A stretch of DNA of 64,000 bases from an uncultured Acidimicrobiales bacterium (GTDB lineage: Bacteria > Actinomycetota > Acidimicrobiia > Acidimicrobiales > VFJN01): contig CAWJFG010000019.1 in NCBI GenBank assembly GCA_963842015.1, forward strand, positions 453,297 to 517,296. Reading direction: 5' to 3'. Of this stretch, positions 39,624 through 51,477 are shown piece by piece. The number at the start of each line of letters is the position of its first letter. Position 1 is the stretch's first letter. Below the pieces are notes generated by a model. That model was not told the origin of the DNA. It worked only from the letters and a program-made list of their open reading frames with translations, and ran no database searches. Position numbers and translations under genes: made by a program.

Positions 39624-41215
39624 CGGCGGGCCCGCACGCTGTCGCCGTCGCGGGAGAGCACCCCGTCGACGAGGTCGCGGAGCTGCCGGGAAGGCATCGA
39701 CGGCGAAGCGACGGCCCGCTCGGCCGCCGAGGCCGCCATCCGCGCGCGCGCGGGCTCGTCACGGATGAGCATCACGGTCAGCGAGCAAGCCCGTCGAGCG
39801 TGCGGAAGTGGAACCCGTCGATGCCGTGGCGGACGGTCTCGAGCTGGCCGGCCAGCCCGATCACGACGGGCACGGCGCCCGCCGACATCGCCTCGACGGT
39901 GGTGATCCCGAAGTGCTCGAGGCGGTCGGGGTGCGCGCTCGGCGTCCTCGCCCAGGCCGGAGGCGTGCCAGTAGATGCGACGCCTCGGCGTAGAGGGCCG
40001 CGAGCTCGGCGCCGGTCGCGTCGACGTGGAGCTCGACCGGGTAGCCCGCGCCGCCGCGCACGCACCTTGTCGAGGTAGTCGGCCGGCCTCGGCTGCACCC
40101 ACCGACGAGGTGCAGCGTCCAGCCGCGGACGCCCGGGTCGACGCAGCCGGCGGAACGCCTCGCACCATCTCGAGCTGCTTCTTCGAGTGCCCCTGCTCGG
40201 CGGCGAAGAACCGCCCGACGTCAGGATCATCGGCTCCTTCGGCGCCCGGCGCGTGCATGCGTCACCGGCGGGTACAGCACTGGCTGTCCGTCGCCACCAG
40301 CGCTGCGATCCAGTCGGCGGGTGAACTCCGAGTTGGCCACGACCAGCGCCGTAGCGTGCGAGCCAGTCGGTCGGCGCGCGCCGCGGTCGAGCAGCACCGG
40401 GAACCAGCGTCTCGGCGCGGGCGGCGGCCGGCGCCCGAGTGCAGGCCGCACAGCGGCACGCCGAGCGGCGCCGGTCGTCGTGCCGCCGTGACTCGGCGGG
40501 CATGAACGTGTCGGACGGGATCGCGACCTGGACCGCGCTCGCCGTCGGCCGGCGCTCGCACCTCGAGGGCACGCGCGACCGCCGCGGCGCGCGGCGAGCC
40601 GCGACGTCGGCGCCGCCAGCGTCAGCTCGGTGCCGCGCCGCGCCGTCGGCCTCGACGCTCACGTCACCGGCTGAGCTCGGGCGGGCGCTGGTGCCGAACA
40701 CGAGCGCGACGGCGACCGGCGCGTCGGCCCGGGTCGGTGACGAAGCGCAGCCTCGGCCTCGCCGTTGGTCCACGCGACCGCCGCGGCCGGCGCCTCGCGG
40801 TCGTAGAAGCCCGTCGCCCCACTCGATGCGGACCGGCTGCGCCCGGCGCGCCGCGGACGCGGCGGCCACGCCTTCCGCGGCGCTTCGACAGGTCGCCGTC
40901 GAGCGGGTCGGGAAGTGGACGACGTAGAGGCTCTGCGGTGCGGCGCCGGTCGGCGCTCATGAACGAGACGTTGACGAACAGGTCGTAGTCCGCGCGCGGC
41001 CCGGTGCACCGCGCCGGCCGTCGTCGACCAGCCGCGACGCCGACCCGCGAAGGTCGATCTGGAGGCGCTCGGCCAGCCAGTCGACGTCGACCGGGTCGTG
41101 CGACGAGCAGGTCAGCGGTCCGTCGGCCGAGCAGGACCTGCGGCGATCGCCGCCGCCGTACTTCTCGCCACCGCCACCGGTGGGCCAGTACCGGTTGTAG
41201 ACGGCCGCTCCTCAC
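39620..41215 (-). pseudogene. glycosyltransferase family 4, heavily frame-broken
   Basis: There is a GTG at 41215 (V R A A VYNRYWPTGGGGEKYGGG once one extra base is removed). Fragments read YDLFVNVSFMS, VANSEFT, ILTSGRFFAAEQGHSKKQLEMV, YWHASGLGED, and HFGITTVEAMSAGAVPVVIGLAGQLETVRHGIDGFHF. The stop at 39620 faces the stop of the convergent gene. Confidence 0.55.
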
Positions 41216-42631
41216 GTGCGACCGCCCAGCCCGATGATCGCCTCGTCGTGCACCGACTGGCGCCGGCGCGGATCCGGCGGCGCTCGCGAGCGGTGTCGGG
41301 CAGCAGCCGCAGGTACGCCGCGAAGCGACCGCAGCCGCGACCGCACGAGGCTGGGCGGCCGATGCCCGCCGGAGCAACGGGCCGCACGACGTCGCGCCGG
41401 GCGTAGCGAGGCGGTCGAAGCAGGAACCGCCGCGACGCCCGGCCCGCGAAGCGCGCCGGGCGTTCTTGGTCAGCATCACCAGGCGGTTGCGCTCGACGAA
41501 GTGCTGGAACAGCGGCGACCCCTCGACGCTGGTGGCCGCGTGCACGTGACGCAGCACGGCGTCGGGGACGTAGCGGTAGCGCCAGCCCCGGGCGCGGCCG
41601 CGCCACGCCAGGTCGGTGTCCTCGTAGTACATGAAGAACCGCTCGTCGAAGAGGCCCGACGTCGTCGAGGTAGCGCCGGCCGGAACAGCACGCCGGCGCC
41701 GCACCACGCGAAGACGTCCTGCGGGCTCGTCGTACTGGCCGTCGTCGGCGCTCCAGGAAGCCGCGGTCGCCGCCCCAGCCGCCCTCGATGAGGACGCGAG
41801 CCGACGTTGTTGATGACGTCGTAGGGCTCGCCGGCCGAGCGGCACGTCGACCCACGCGGGCTCGGTCCCGACCGTCGACGTCGCACCTCGCGCCGCCGCC
41901 GTCGACGCCGCCTCACGGGCCGGTCGCGCGGCCGAGCCGCACGCGTCGAGCCGCGCCGTCGCGCGCTCGGCGACCGGGCACCCGCAGCGAGCGCCTCGCC
42001 GGCGGTCCACCGGAACTCGCGACTCGTCGGCGGCGCCGTGCTCCGGCGGTCGGAAGCCCGTCGGCGAACGCGGGCGTCGCGCCAGCGTCGCGTCGCCGTC
42101 GACCTCGACGCCGCTGACGCGGACCCCGAGGTCGCGGCGTCGCCGGGCGCCGGCCGGACGTCGGCGCGCCGATGCGGACGTCGACGAACGCGGGGCGAAC
42201 ACGATCTTCGGGCAGGCGGCGCCCGAGCGTCGGCGTCGGCCTCGAGCGCCTCGACGAGCGGGCGCGAGGTAGCCGGGCTCGACGAAGGCGTCGTTGTTGA
42301 CCAGGCCGACGTAGTCGACGCCGTCGAGGTCGCGCAGGCCGAGGTTGTTGGCCGGGAACCCGAGGTTCTGCGGCGAGCCGGACCAGCCGCACGCCGGGGA
42401 CGGCGCCGCGAGCCGCCGTCGCAGCCGTCGGTGCGAGGCGTTGTCGACCACCACGACCTCGAGGCGGTCGGCCGGCCAGTCGAGGCGCTCGAGGTGCTCG
42501 ACGCAGCGATCGACCAGGTCGCCGCCGTTGTAGTTGAGCACGACGAGCCGGATGCGGGGGGCTGGCACGGTCCATCCTGGCCGACGCGGCAGCGTAGGTG
42601 CGACGCGGCGCGACGTCGGCAGGGACGTCAT
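41212..42631 (-). pseudogene. glycosyltransferase family 2 (rhamnosyltransferase-like), heavily frame-broken
   Basis: The N-terminus of ORF 40664..42631 reads RIRLVVLNYNGGDLVDRCVEHLERLDWPADRLEVVVVDNAS. Other fragments are QNLGFPANNLGLRDLDGVDYVGLVNNDAF and LFDERFFMYYEDTDLAWRGRARGWRYRYVPDAVLRHVH. The inferred stop at 41212-41214 overlaps the next gene's GTG (GTGA). Confidence 0.55.
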
Positions 42632-42643
42632 CGGGACGCACGG

Positions 42644-43513
42644 GTGGTCGGGGCCGCCGGACGGCCCGTCAGTACAGTCGCCCGCCGTGGCCGTCCGCCC
42701 GCCCCGAGGCTACCGAGCTTCCCCACCGAGCTGCTGTGGAACCTGACCCTGCGCGAGCTGCGCGGGAAGTTCAAGCGCTCGGCGCTCGGCTGGCTCTGGT
42801 CGGTGATCAACCCGCTGGCCAACATCGCCATCTACACGGTCGTGTTCGGGGTGTTCCTCGACGTCGCGCCGCCCGTCGGCGATCCCAGCGGCTCCACGTC
42901 TACGGGTTCTTCCTCGTCTGCGGCCTCCTGCCGTGGACGTTCCTCACCAACGCCCTCGGCGGCGCGACGTCGGTCGATGACCGGAACGAGGGCCTGATCA
43001 AGAAGGTCTACTTCCCCGCGGTGGTGTTGCCGGGGGCGTCGACGCTGGCCTGGCTCGCCAGCTTCGGCGTGGAGCTGATCGTGCTCGGCGTCGTGCTGCT
43101 CGTCGTCGGCAACATGGTGATCCCGTGGATCCCGGTCGTCGTCGTGCTGATCGTGCTGCAAACCGGTTCGTCTTCGGGCTCGGACTGCTGCTCGGCGCCG
43201 TCAACGTCTACTTCCGCGACGTCGAGCACTTCCTGGCCATCGTCCTCAACATCTGGTTCTATGCCACGCCGATCCTGTACCCGCCCGAACTGTCCCCGAC
43301 GACCAGTCCTGCGGCCTCGAGATCCGTCCGCACCATCTCCTCGACATCAACCCCATGTCCGCTTCGTCGATGCGTACCGTGACGTCCTCTACGACCTTCG
43401 ATTCCCCACCGTCACGCAATGGCTGACCATGGCCGTCGTGGCCGTCGGTTTCCTTGGCGATCGGCACCGTCGTGTTCCGCCGGCTCGAGCCGCGCCTCGC
43501 CGAGGAGCTCTAG
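42644..43513 (+). pseudogene. wzm: ABC-2 type polysaccharide export permease (Wzm-like), about 4 frame breaks
   Basis: Fragments read ELLWNLTLRELRGKFKRSALGWLWSVINPLANIAIYTVVFGVFL (frame of ORF 42038), YGFFLVCGLLPWTFLTNAL...LIKKVYFPAVVLP (frame of ORF 42598), FGLGLLLGAVNVYFRDVEHFLAIVLNIWFYATPILYPP (frame of ORF 43125), and VRFVDAYRDVLY. The TAG at 43511-43513 abuts the wzt ATG. The start is uncertain. Confidence 0.6.
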
Positions 43514-44719
43514 ATGGCCGATCCCGCCATCGAGGTCAGCGACGTGGCCAAGCGCTTCCGCCTCTATCCACGAGCGCAACTCGACCCTCAAGGCCACGAT
43601 CTTCAGCGGGTTCCGCCGCACCGTGCACGAGGAGTTCTGGGCGCTCGAAGGCGTGTCCTTCCAGGTCCCGGAGGGCGAGACATTCGGGCTGATCGGCCAC
43701 AACGGCTCCGGCAAGAGCACGCTGCTCAAGTGCATGGCGCGCATCCTCAGCCCGACCGCGGCAGCATCGTGACCGGGGCAAGCGTGTCGGCGCTGCTGGA
43801 GCTCGGCGCCGGCTTCCATCCCGAGCTGTCCGGCCGTGAGAACGTCTACCTCAACGGCAGCATCCTCGGCATGTCGAAGCGCGACATCGACGACGCTTCG
43901 ACGAGATCGTGGCCTTCGCCGGGCTCGAGCACTTCATCGACACACCGGTGAAGAACTACTCGTCGGGCATGTACGTGCGGCTCGGCTTCTCCATGGCCAT
44001 AACGGTCGAACCCGACATCCTCCTGGTCGACGAGGTGCTGGCCGTGGGTGACGCGAGCTTCCAGCAGCGGTGCCTGGAGAAGTTCGCCGACCTGCGCACC
44101 AGCGGACGCACGGTCGTCATCGTCAGCCACTCGCCTCGACACCGTTCGCACGATGTGCGACAGCGCGGCGTGGTTCGACCACGGAAGCCTCCTGAAGGAG
44201 GGAAACGCGCACGACGTCGTGACCGCCTACCTCGAGTCGGTACGCGACGACCGGCGCGCCCGCAGCACGCGGCGGAGGCACAGTCCGCCGAGACGGATGC
44301 GACGCCGGGCTGGGGCATCGACGAGGTGCAGCTCCTCGACGACGCCGGGCATCCGATCGACATCCTCAGGACGGGCTCGCCGGTCACGATCCGGGTCGCG
44401 GTCGACGCCCCGGCCGCCGCCCCGGTGGCACTCGCCATCAGCATCTACCGCACGGACGGCGTGCATGTCGCCGGTCCGATCCACCCGTTCTCGACCAGCG
44501 GTTCGGGCCGGCACGTGGTCGATTACCGTGTCGCCAGGTTCGCGCTCGCCGGGGGCGCCTACGACGTCTCGGTCGCCCTCTTGGACCAGCACCTCCAGCG
44601 CACCCACACCGCGCGGCACCGGGCGGCGAGGCTCGACGTCACGCCGGGCGACGACGGCGACAATAGGTGGCGTGGTGGCGCTGGACGGTTCGTGGCACGT
44701 CTCAGCGGCCTCGGCGTGA
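43514..44719 (+). pseudogene. wzt: polysaccharide ABC exporter ATP-binding protein (Wzt-like) with a C-terminal glycan-binding-type domain, at least 5 frame breaks
   Basis: The gene starts MADPAIEVSDVAKRFRLY. It has Walker A (GLIGHNGSGKSTLLK), the signature [12 protein letters not shown] and Walker B ([12 protein letters not shown]). The C-terminal domain reads [31 protein letters not shown]...[13 protein letters not shown]. Pieces lie in ORFs 43514, 43419, 43909 and 44048. Confidence 0.65.
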
Positions 44720-46904
44720 CGGGGAACACCGGAGTGAAGTCGATCCAGGAACGGGCACGCGGCCGGGCGGTGGCAACCGAAGGCCGGAGCGTGGCCCGTC
44801 ACGGCGCGACGGAGCCCGGACGCCCGGGGAGGTCGTCCTCACCGTCGGGGAGGTGGGAGCGCTGGCCGGCGTCGTGCTCGTGGCGGCGATCGCGACGTGG
44901 TCCTTGGCGCTGGCCCAGTCGGGCCATCACGACGGATGGCTGGCGACTGGTCTCGGCCTCGTCGCACGGGCGTCGGCGCCGCGGCGGCCAGTGGTCCTGG
45001 CCGTGTCCCGCGACGGATCCGATTCGACCTCGCGGAGCTCGGGCTGCTCGCAGCGGTCGTCGCTCGCCGGCGCCTTCTTCTTCCTGCCCGGGTTTCACTA
45101 CGCGTACGGCGGACAAGGACCCTGGTATCTACGTCGCACACGGCTTCGCAATCGCCCGCGAGGGCGACGTCTACATCGACGACCCCGTGTTGGAGCGAGG
45201 CCTGAACACGGACCTCTTCCGTGGCTCCAGGTTCCCGGGCATCTGGATCGAGCCGGACCACCCGAACCAGGTGACGCCGCAGTTCTTCCACCTGTACTCG
45301 TCGTTGCTCGCAACTGCCGATGACCTCGGTGGGCGCGGCGGTCACTGTTCCCCCTGCACGCCCTTGGCTCGCGCTGCCTCGTCGGTCTCGTCCCACGCGC
45401 CGCGCGGCGCGCGGCACCGTCGTCGCCGCCGTCGCCGGTGCTCTCCTCGTCACGTCGATGATGCAGGTGTGGCAGGCGAAGTACCCCTCGACGGAGATCC
45501 TCGCCCAGCTGCTTCTGTCCGGCGCGCTCCTCGCCGCAGTCCTGGCCATCGATCGGCGATGGGCCGCCGGGGCGTTCGTCGCGGGTGTCCTGCTCGGAAC
45601 CGGCTTCCTCGCGCGACCCGACGGTTTCCTCTACGTCCTGGCCGCGGCCGCGGTCGGTGGCGTTCGGCTCGCCCGCAGGCGCGCTTCGACCGAGCAGCGG
45701 CCGCGCTCGGGGTGGGGCTGGCCATGACGTTCCCGTACCGCCGGCCTTGCGAACGCCTACGAGCTGCGAACGAACTATAGCCGCGGCAACGACGTGCCGA
45801 GCCTGGGGGCGGCTCATCGCCCTGCCCTCGGCACCGGCTGGTCCGCCGGCTGTTGTTGAAGCTTGCCCGGTGCGCGGCTCTCTCGCCGCCCGGGCGGCAT
45901 CTTCGCCGTCGTCGCCGGAGCGCCCGCGGCGGAGAGCGCAGCCCACGCGGACGCCGAGCTAGCAGGGGCGGCCCGGCGCTGGCGGCCTGTCGTCGGCGTG
46001 TTCGCTGGCCGGTGGGCGGCCGGCGCTGTGCTGCTCGTGCCTGTGGTACCGGGAGGACCCTGCTCGGGACCGACTACGTGCTACTCGCACATCCGGGACA
46101 GCCACAATCCCTCGCTGGACGAGGCAGAACGTCCGGTGGCTGTCCTGGTTCGTCGACGGTCACGCGGGCCTCGGGCAGTGTGGCTCGGCCTCGCGGTCGC
46201 CTCGCCCTCACCCAGCACCAAGGCGGCCCTGTACGTGCTGGTCCTGCCCGGCGGCGGTGTTGCTGCCGGTGTACCTCTGGGACGCCCGGATCTCCATGCG
46301 GCTGATGTGGTGGGTGCCGCAGGTTCGTCCCGGCCGTCCTGCCCGCGCTTGCTGCTGTTCGGTCGCACTGGTCATCGCCTTGGGCGCTGCTGCATCGCTT
46401 CGCGAGCGCCCTCCGCGTGGTCGGGGCGATCTTCCATCGCAGCCACGCTCATCGCCGAGTACGCAGGCCAGTCGCTACCGCTCGCGACCACCACGAGATG
46501 GCGGGGTCGTGGGAAGCCGCCGGAGACCGATGTCGGCGATAGCGGGCGACGAGCGGGACTTGTTCCTCTACACCCCAGTGGTGAACGGTGTGGCCGACCC
46601 CATGCGCAACCAGCCGGGCGCGGGGTGTGGTTCATTCTTCGACGAGCTGGCGGCACGCCTTCCCCCCGGACTACGACGTGACCGACATCGACAGACTACC
46701 AGGAGTGCGTTCCCGGCCAGCCGGTGTACCTTCGTCACCCACGGGCGACGACCTGCCCGCCAACCTGCCGGCCGAGCGCTTCCGGCGGGCGGCGGAGGTG
46801 ACCGAGCAGCTCACCACGTGGGCCAGCCGAGCACCGTCGACCGCCGTCCCGACGACGAGCAGGTGCTCCGGCGTCCCCTGGTGTTGTGGCAACTCGAGGA
46901 GTGA
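44716..46904 (+). pseudogene. large polytopic membrane protein, GT-C-like (paralog 1), many frame breaks
   Basis: The GTG at 44716 overlaps the wzt stop (GTGA). Fragments read [102 protein letters not shown], and LLPVYLWDARISMRLMWWV. It is collinear with 54824-56931. Confidence 0.5.
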
Positions 46905-49066
46905 CGTCCGGCCCGACGGATGGACCTGCGCCGCCGCTGGTGGTACCTATCGCAGGCGCCCAGGACCAGGGCTTCTCCCCCTGGCGGCAGGCGCTGCCCT
47001 CGGCCTGGGACGGGACAGGGAGCTCCTTGGTCACGGCACGAACTGCGCAGTCGATGTCTCGCCACCCCTCGGCACGATGCCGGTGACGGTCGCCGGCGAG
47101 GCCGGCGCACCGCCGCGCCGAGCCCACCCTGCCGACGGCCGACGCCGACGACGTGCGGTACGCACGCGCCCGGCGGCGGGGCGTCGAGGCTGTGGGACCT
47201 CGTCGGCCTCGCCTGGCTCGGGGCCCTGATGTTCGGCGTCCGGGAGCTCGACCGTGGCGATGCTGGACACCGGCCTCGGACGCGCCGACGGCCTCCGGGT
47301 GGCGGCCATCGTGTGCGACCGCCCGTGACGGCTCTCGCCACGATACGCGCTGATCGCCTTTCGCCGTGCCCGCCTGCGGGACCTCCCCGGTCGCCTCACG
47401 CAGGCTCTGGCAGCGATCCCGCCCGGCGCCTGGGTGGCGGCGGTCGAGGGCGCGGTCGTGCGTCGATCCCGGTGTTCGCCCTCTACACCCGGGTGCTTGC
47501 TCGCACGGACGCGGACTGCGCGCGGATCGTCGCCGGGGGTCACTCCGCGTCAACGAGCACGGCATCGGGTTCCTGCGCAGACACGCAGTCGAACCTCCTC
47601 CCCCACGTCGTCTTCGGTCCCGTCGTCGAGGTGTGGGGCCTGGGCGGCGTGAAGTTCGTGGCGATGCTGTCGATGCTCGCGCTCGGCGCCGTGGTCGCCT
47701 ACGTGACCTACCGCGTCACCCTCTCGCTCGTCGGGGCGGGAGAGCGGCCGCGATCGCGGCCCCGGCGATCCCGTCCCTCCTCGAACGGGGCGGCTTCGTC
47801 CCGATGTACCCCGCGATGCTCGCCCTCGGCTACCTCGGGGGTTGGTTTCGCCCACCCGAGCCGTCACCGAGCCGCGACCGGCGGCGGGGGCCGGCGGTGG
47901 CCGCGGGCGTCTGTGCATCGCGCTCGCGCCCGAGGCCCCGAGCCGGTCGGCGTCCTGTCTCGTGCTGGCGACGGCGGCTCGTGACGGTCTTCGCACCGAC
48001 GTGGCGGCGGCCGGCGGTCGGCGGCGTGCTGCGCACGTACCTGGTCGTGGCGGTCGTGTCGGTTCCCCGGCTGCTGCTCAACCTCTCCGAGGGTGGGACG
48101 TCCTACCTGGTCAGCTACCGGACCGACTTCTGGAGCACCGAGGGCTACCTCCCGATCATCCAGCGGAACCTCTGGCACTACGCGGGCATCGACGAGACCC
48201 TGGGCCACTACCTCGAGCGGCTGCCCATCCGCTTCGCCGACGGGTTCGGCGGGCAGGGCAGCATCGTGATCTGGCTGGCGATCGCCGGTTGGCTGCTGGC
48301 GTGCCGCGGACGCGGACGGTTGTTCGTGGGCCTCGTCGCCGGCGGGTTCCTGCTGGCGATCACGGTCAAACAGGTGCCGCCGTTCCGCGGTACTACTCGC
48401 CGATGTGGCCGGGGTTCGCCATCCTCGTCGGGGTCGGGGTCGGGCGCCTCGTCCGACTGCGTCCGGCCGTCGCCCGGATCGCCGGGGTCGGGCTCGTGGG
48501 TGCCCTCGTGGTCGCCGCGGCGGTCTCGTTCGCTGTGGGTCGCCGACGACGAGGACGGGTTCCGCGCCCAGTCCGAGGACGGGCCCTACAGGGACCTGGC
48601 GGCCGAGATCGACGACGGGAAGGGCGTGATCGGCGCCCGGTCGCACGCACTCGTCAACGTCACCGCCGACATCCCGACGTGGGGCGGTCAGTTCCTGACC
48701 GAGGACGAGTACGTGACCTACCTCAGCTGGCCGTCCGACGAAGAGGTCGTCGAGGCGCTCGACCGCCACGACGTCGGATGGGCCCTGGTCCAGCCGGCTG
48801 CCGCTGCTCGAGATCACCTACCACGACACGTGGATGGTCCCCGCCCACGGCCTGCACGCGCGCCAGCCGACGATGCTGGCGGAGAGCCCGCTGTTCTGCC
48901 GCGTCGCCGGGGACGACGGCTTCGTGCTGTACCGCCTCGGGCCCTGCCAGCCCGGCGACGAGGGGACGGCACGGGCGGAGCGCCCGGCGTCCCGCCGTCC
49001 GATGCCGGGATCCCACCGGTCGACGAGGCCGACGAGATCGTCGACGAACGGCTCGACGAGGGCTGA
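46901..49066 (+). pseudogene. polytopic membrane protein of unknown function (possibly GT-C/polymerase-like), many frame breaks
   Basis: Fragments read VVEVWGLGGVKFVAMLSMLALGAVVAYVTY (ORF 46920), YLVVAVVSVPRLLLNLSEGGTSYLVSYRTDFWSTEGYLPIIQRNLWHYAGIDETLGHYLERLP...IVIWLAIAGWLLA (ORF 47366), and YYSPMWPGFAILVGVGVGRLV (ORF 47842). Both the start and the unity of the gene are uncertain. Confidence 0.4.
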
Positions 49067-49080
49067 GGCGACGCGCGCGC

Positions 49081-50190
49081 TCAGCCGGGGACGGCCGCGG
49101 CGGACCAGGTCGTCGAGCTCGGTCGATCGCTTCCGCAGCCCGTCGGCCCGATCGGCCAGCCGGTCCCAGTACCGCGCCGGGGTCGGCGACGAGGGCGGCG
49201 ACCGCGTCGGCCAGCGCCTCGGGCGCACCGAGCGGACGTCGAGGCACCAACGATCGGGGAGACCAGGTCGGCGAAGGCCGCGGGCCCCTTGCGGTCGTAG
49301 GCGAGGTGCACCGCTGGCACCCCGGCGAGGACCGACATCAGGGCGCCGTGGAGCCGCACGGATACGACGGCGGGGCTGACCTGGCCCTGCTCGAGCAGCT
49401 CCGACAGGCGGCCCGCCGGTTCGAGCGCGCTTCGCTCGTCGAACGCGGCGTCGCTCTTCACCGCGGTCCCCCGGTGGCTTGCACGGCGAGGAGCACCGGC
49501 GCCGGGAGGTGCCGGGGGCCAGCTCCGCCAACCGCTTCCCCGCGGGGTCGGCAGCTCGTCGAGCGCGCCCGTCCAACGAGCGGCGACCGCTCGGGCCGGC
49601 ACCGCCGGGTGCCGGGGGGCCCGCCCCGGGCTCGGCCAGGTCGAGCACCGCCAGATCCCAGGAGCGCGCGTGAGACCGTTGCGCTACCACTGCAGCTCGT
49701 CCCAACCGCGTCGTCACGGGACGAAGACCTCGTCGACATCGGGCGAGGCCGCCGGCGGACATGGGGGAGCCCACCGGCCCATCGAGGGGACCGATGCTCT
49801 GCGGCAGGTACAGCGCGGTCGGTCCGAGTGACCCGCGGCGCGAGCTGCGGGAGGTGGTTGAGCGCGGTGCCGATCGACGAGTGGGGGTCAGGGTGCGGAG
49901 GTAGCCGCCGCCCACGGCGACGAAGGGCCCCGGCACTCGCCAGCCTTCGCGGCGACGGGCGCCGCTCGTCGCGGCGCGCGCGGCCGACTCGCCAGATCGC
50001 CCGGAACCGTGTCGAGGCCGGGACGGGCGCCCGGCCGGGGCCCCGGCCCCGCGCCCATGGCAACCCGGTGCGGGACGTCGGGGAACGTCGAGGGGTCGAG
50101 CGCGACCAGGAGGACTTCGGACCGGGACGCCGTAGCGGGCGAGGCGGTGGAGGGTGAGGTCGACGAGATACCGTCGCCCAGAGATCCGAC
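49081..50190 (-). pseudogene. polysaccharide pyruvyl transferase-like protein (copy 2), many frame breaks
   Basis: Fragments read FVAVGGGYLR, LNHLPQLA, LYLPQSIGPLDGPVG, and VVSVRLHGALMSVLAGVPAVHLAYDRKGPAAFADL (ORF 49081..49602). The stop is at 49081. The 5' end is not resolved. Confidence 0.45.
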
Positions 50191-50194
50191 CGTC

Positions 50195-51429
50195 TCAGGC
50201 GTGGAGCACGCCGATCAACGGGGGCGAGGGCGAGCCCGGCCGAGTCGGCCAACACCGGCATGTAGCGCGCCCACCGCCCCGTGCCTCGAGCGAGGGCGGC
50301 CCCGGCCGCCCGCGGCGGCACCAAGGGCAATCGAGGTCCACCATCCACCGCGAGGAGCTGTCCGAGCGCGCCACCAGCGCGTCCACGTCGTCCGGCGGCA
50401 CCAGCAGGCCGTCGACACCGTCGGGATGCACTCGCCGAGGCCACCCAGGTCGGAGGCCACGACCGGGACGCCGGCGGCCATGGCCTCGCAGAGCACCACG
50501 GGGGTGCCTTCCATGTCCCCGTCGGCACCGACTCGGGACGGGATCACCACCGCCTGCGCCCGCCCAGGGCCGCAGCACGGCGGCCGGGCACCTTGCCGCG
50601 GAACCGCACGCGGTCGGCCACCCCAACCGCCTCGGCGCGCCGCTCGAGGGCGGCACGGTCGGGCCCGTCGCCGATGATCTCGAGGCGGCTGCCGCCGGGC
50701 GGGGCCAGGCCTCGATCAGGACGTCGACACCCTTCTTGTCCGCCAGCCGCCCGATCGCAGACCAGCAGGCCGGGTTCGGGACCAGGTCGACCGCGGCGCG
50801 GACGCGCCGGTGTCCACGCCCATCCGCAGGACCGGAGCGCCATCCAGCCCGAGCGTCGTGGCGATGTCCCCGCTCACGGGCAGCACGGCGGCCGCCCCGC
50901 CCAGCACGAGCGCCTTGATGCGGCGAGCCGCCGCGCCGGACGTCGTGTAGGCGTCTGCGCCGTGCACGGTGACGACGTAGGGGTGCAGGCCGAGGTGGAC
51001 CACCAGGGCGATCAGGCCGGCGGGGACGATCCAGTGGGCGTTGACCGCGACCGGTCCCCGTGCCGGCCACCTCGCTCCACGTCGCCATCACCAGGGCGCC
51101 GAACAGGAACGGGGCCTCGATGACCCGCCACGGGTGCGCCCGGAGGGTCGGCATGATCGCCTCGGTGGCGAGGCCCTCCCAGCGGCGCAGGAAGTACCCC
51201 ACCCGCTGGATCCGCACCCCGTCAACGACCTCGGTCGGCGCCGCGCCCGGCATCCGGGGAGCGATCACCGTGACGTCGTGGCCGGGGATCGACGCGCCAG
51301 GGTGAGGACGAACTCGGGGGTGCCGTCGCCTGGTCGCGCGGGCAACGTCGTCGCCACGAGCAGCACCGACGGCCGGGGTGGACGGTCTGCGGGTTGGGGG
51401 CCAGACTTCGGTACCGGCGTAGGATCCAT
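50195..51429 (-). pseudogene. glycosyltransferase family 4, many frame breaks
   Basis: The ATG at 51429 opens MDPTPVPKSGPQPADRPPRPSVLLVATTLPARPGDGTPEFVLTLA. Other fragments are GHDVTVIAPRMPGAAPTEVVDGVRIQRVGYF, HPYVVTVHGADAY, RLEIIGDGPDRAALERRAEAVGVADRVRFRG, and VIPSRVGADGDMEGTPVVLCEAMAAGVPVVASDLGGL. The 3' end is either 50195 or 50215. Confidence 0.55.
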
Positions 51430-51477
51430 CGGCTGTGACACAGGAGCCCGACCACGAAGGGACGGGTAGGAGGACGC

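Noticed and set aside
41216-41791. Medium-size ORFs in the 39.6-42.6 kb region (for example 41216..41791+, 41112..41855-, 41913..42641-), considered as independent genes
   Set aside because: They are alternative frames or antisense readings of the frame-broken GT2 and GT4 genes. Only the short stretches carrying GT motifs are meaningful, and these were merged into the two pseudogene calls.
45449-45491. The 43-nt identity between the GT-C paralogues, considered as a mobile-element or repeat-family signature
   Set aside because: It is in frame in both genes and encodes the same conserved peptide ([14 protein letters not shown]). Extreme GC3 bias leaves little room for synonymous divergence. 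It is kept only as a low-priority gene-conversion question in the findings.
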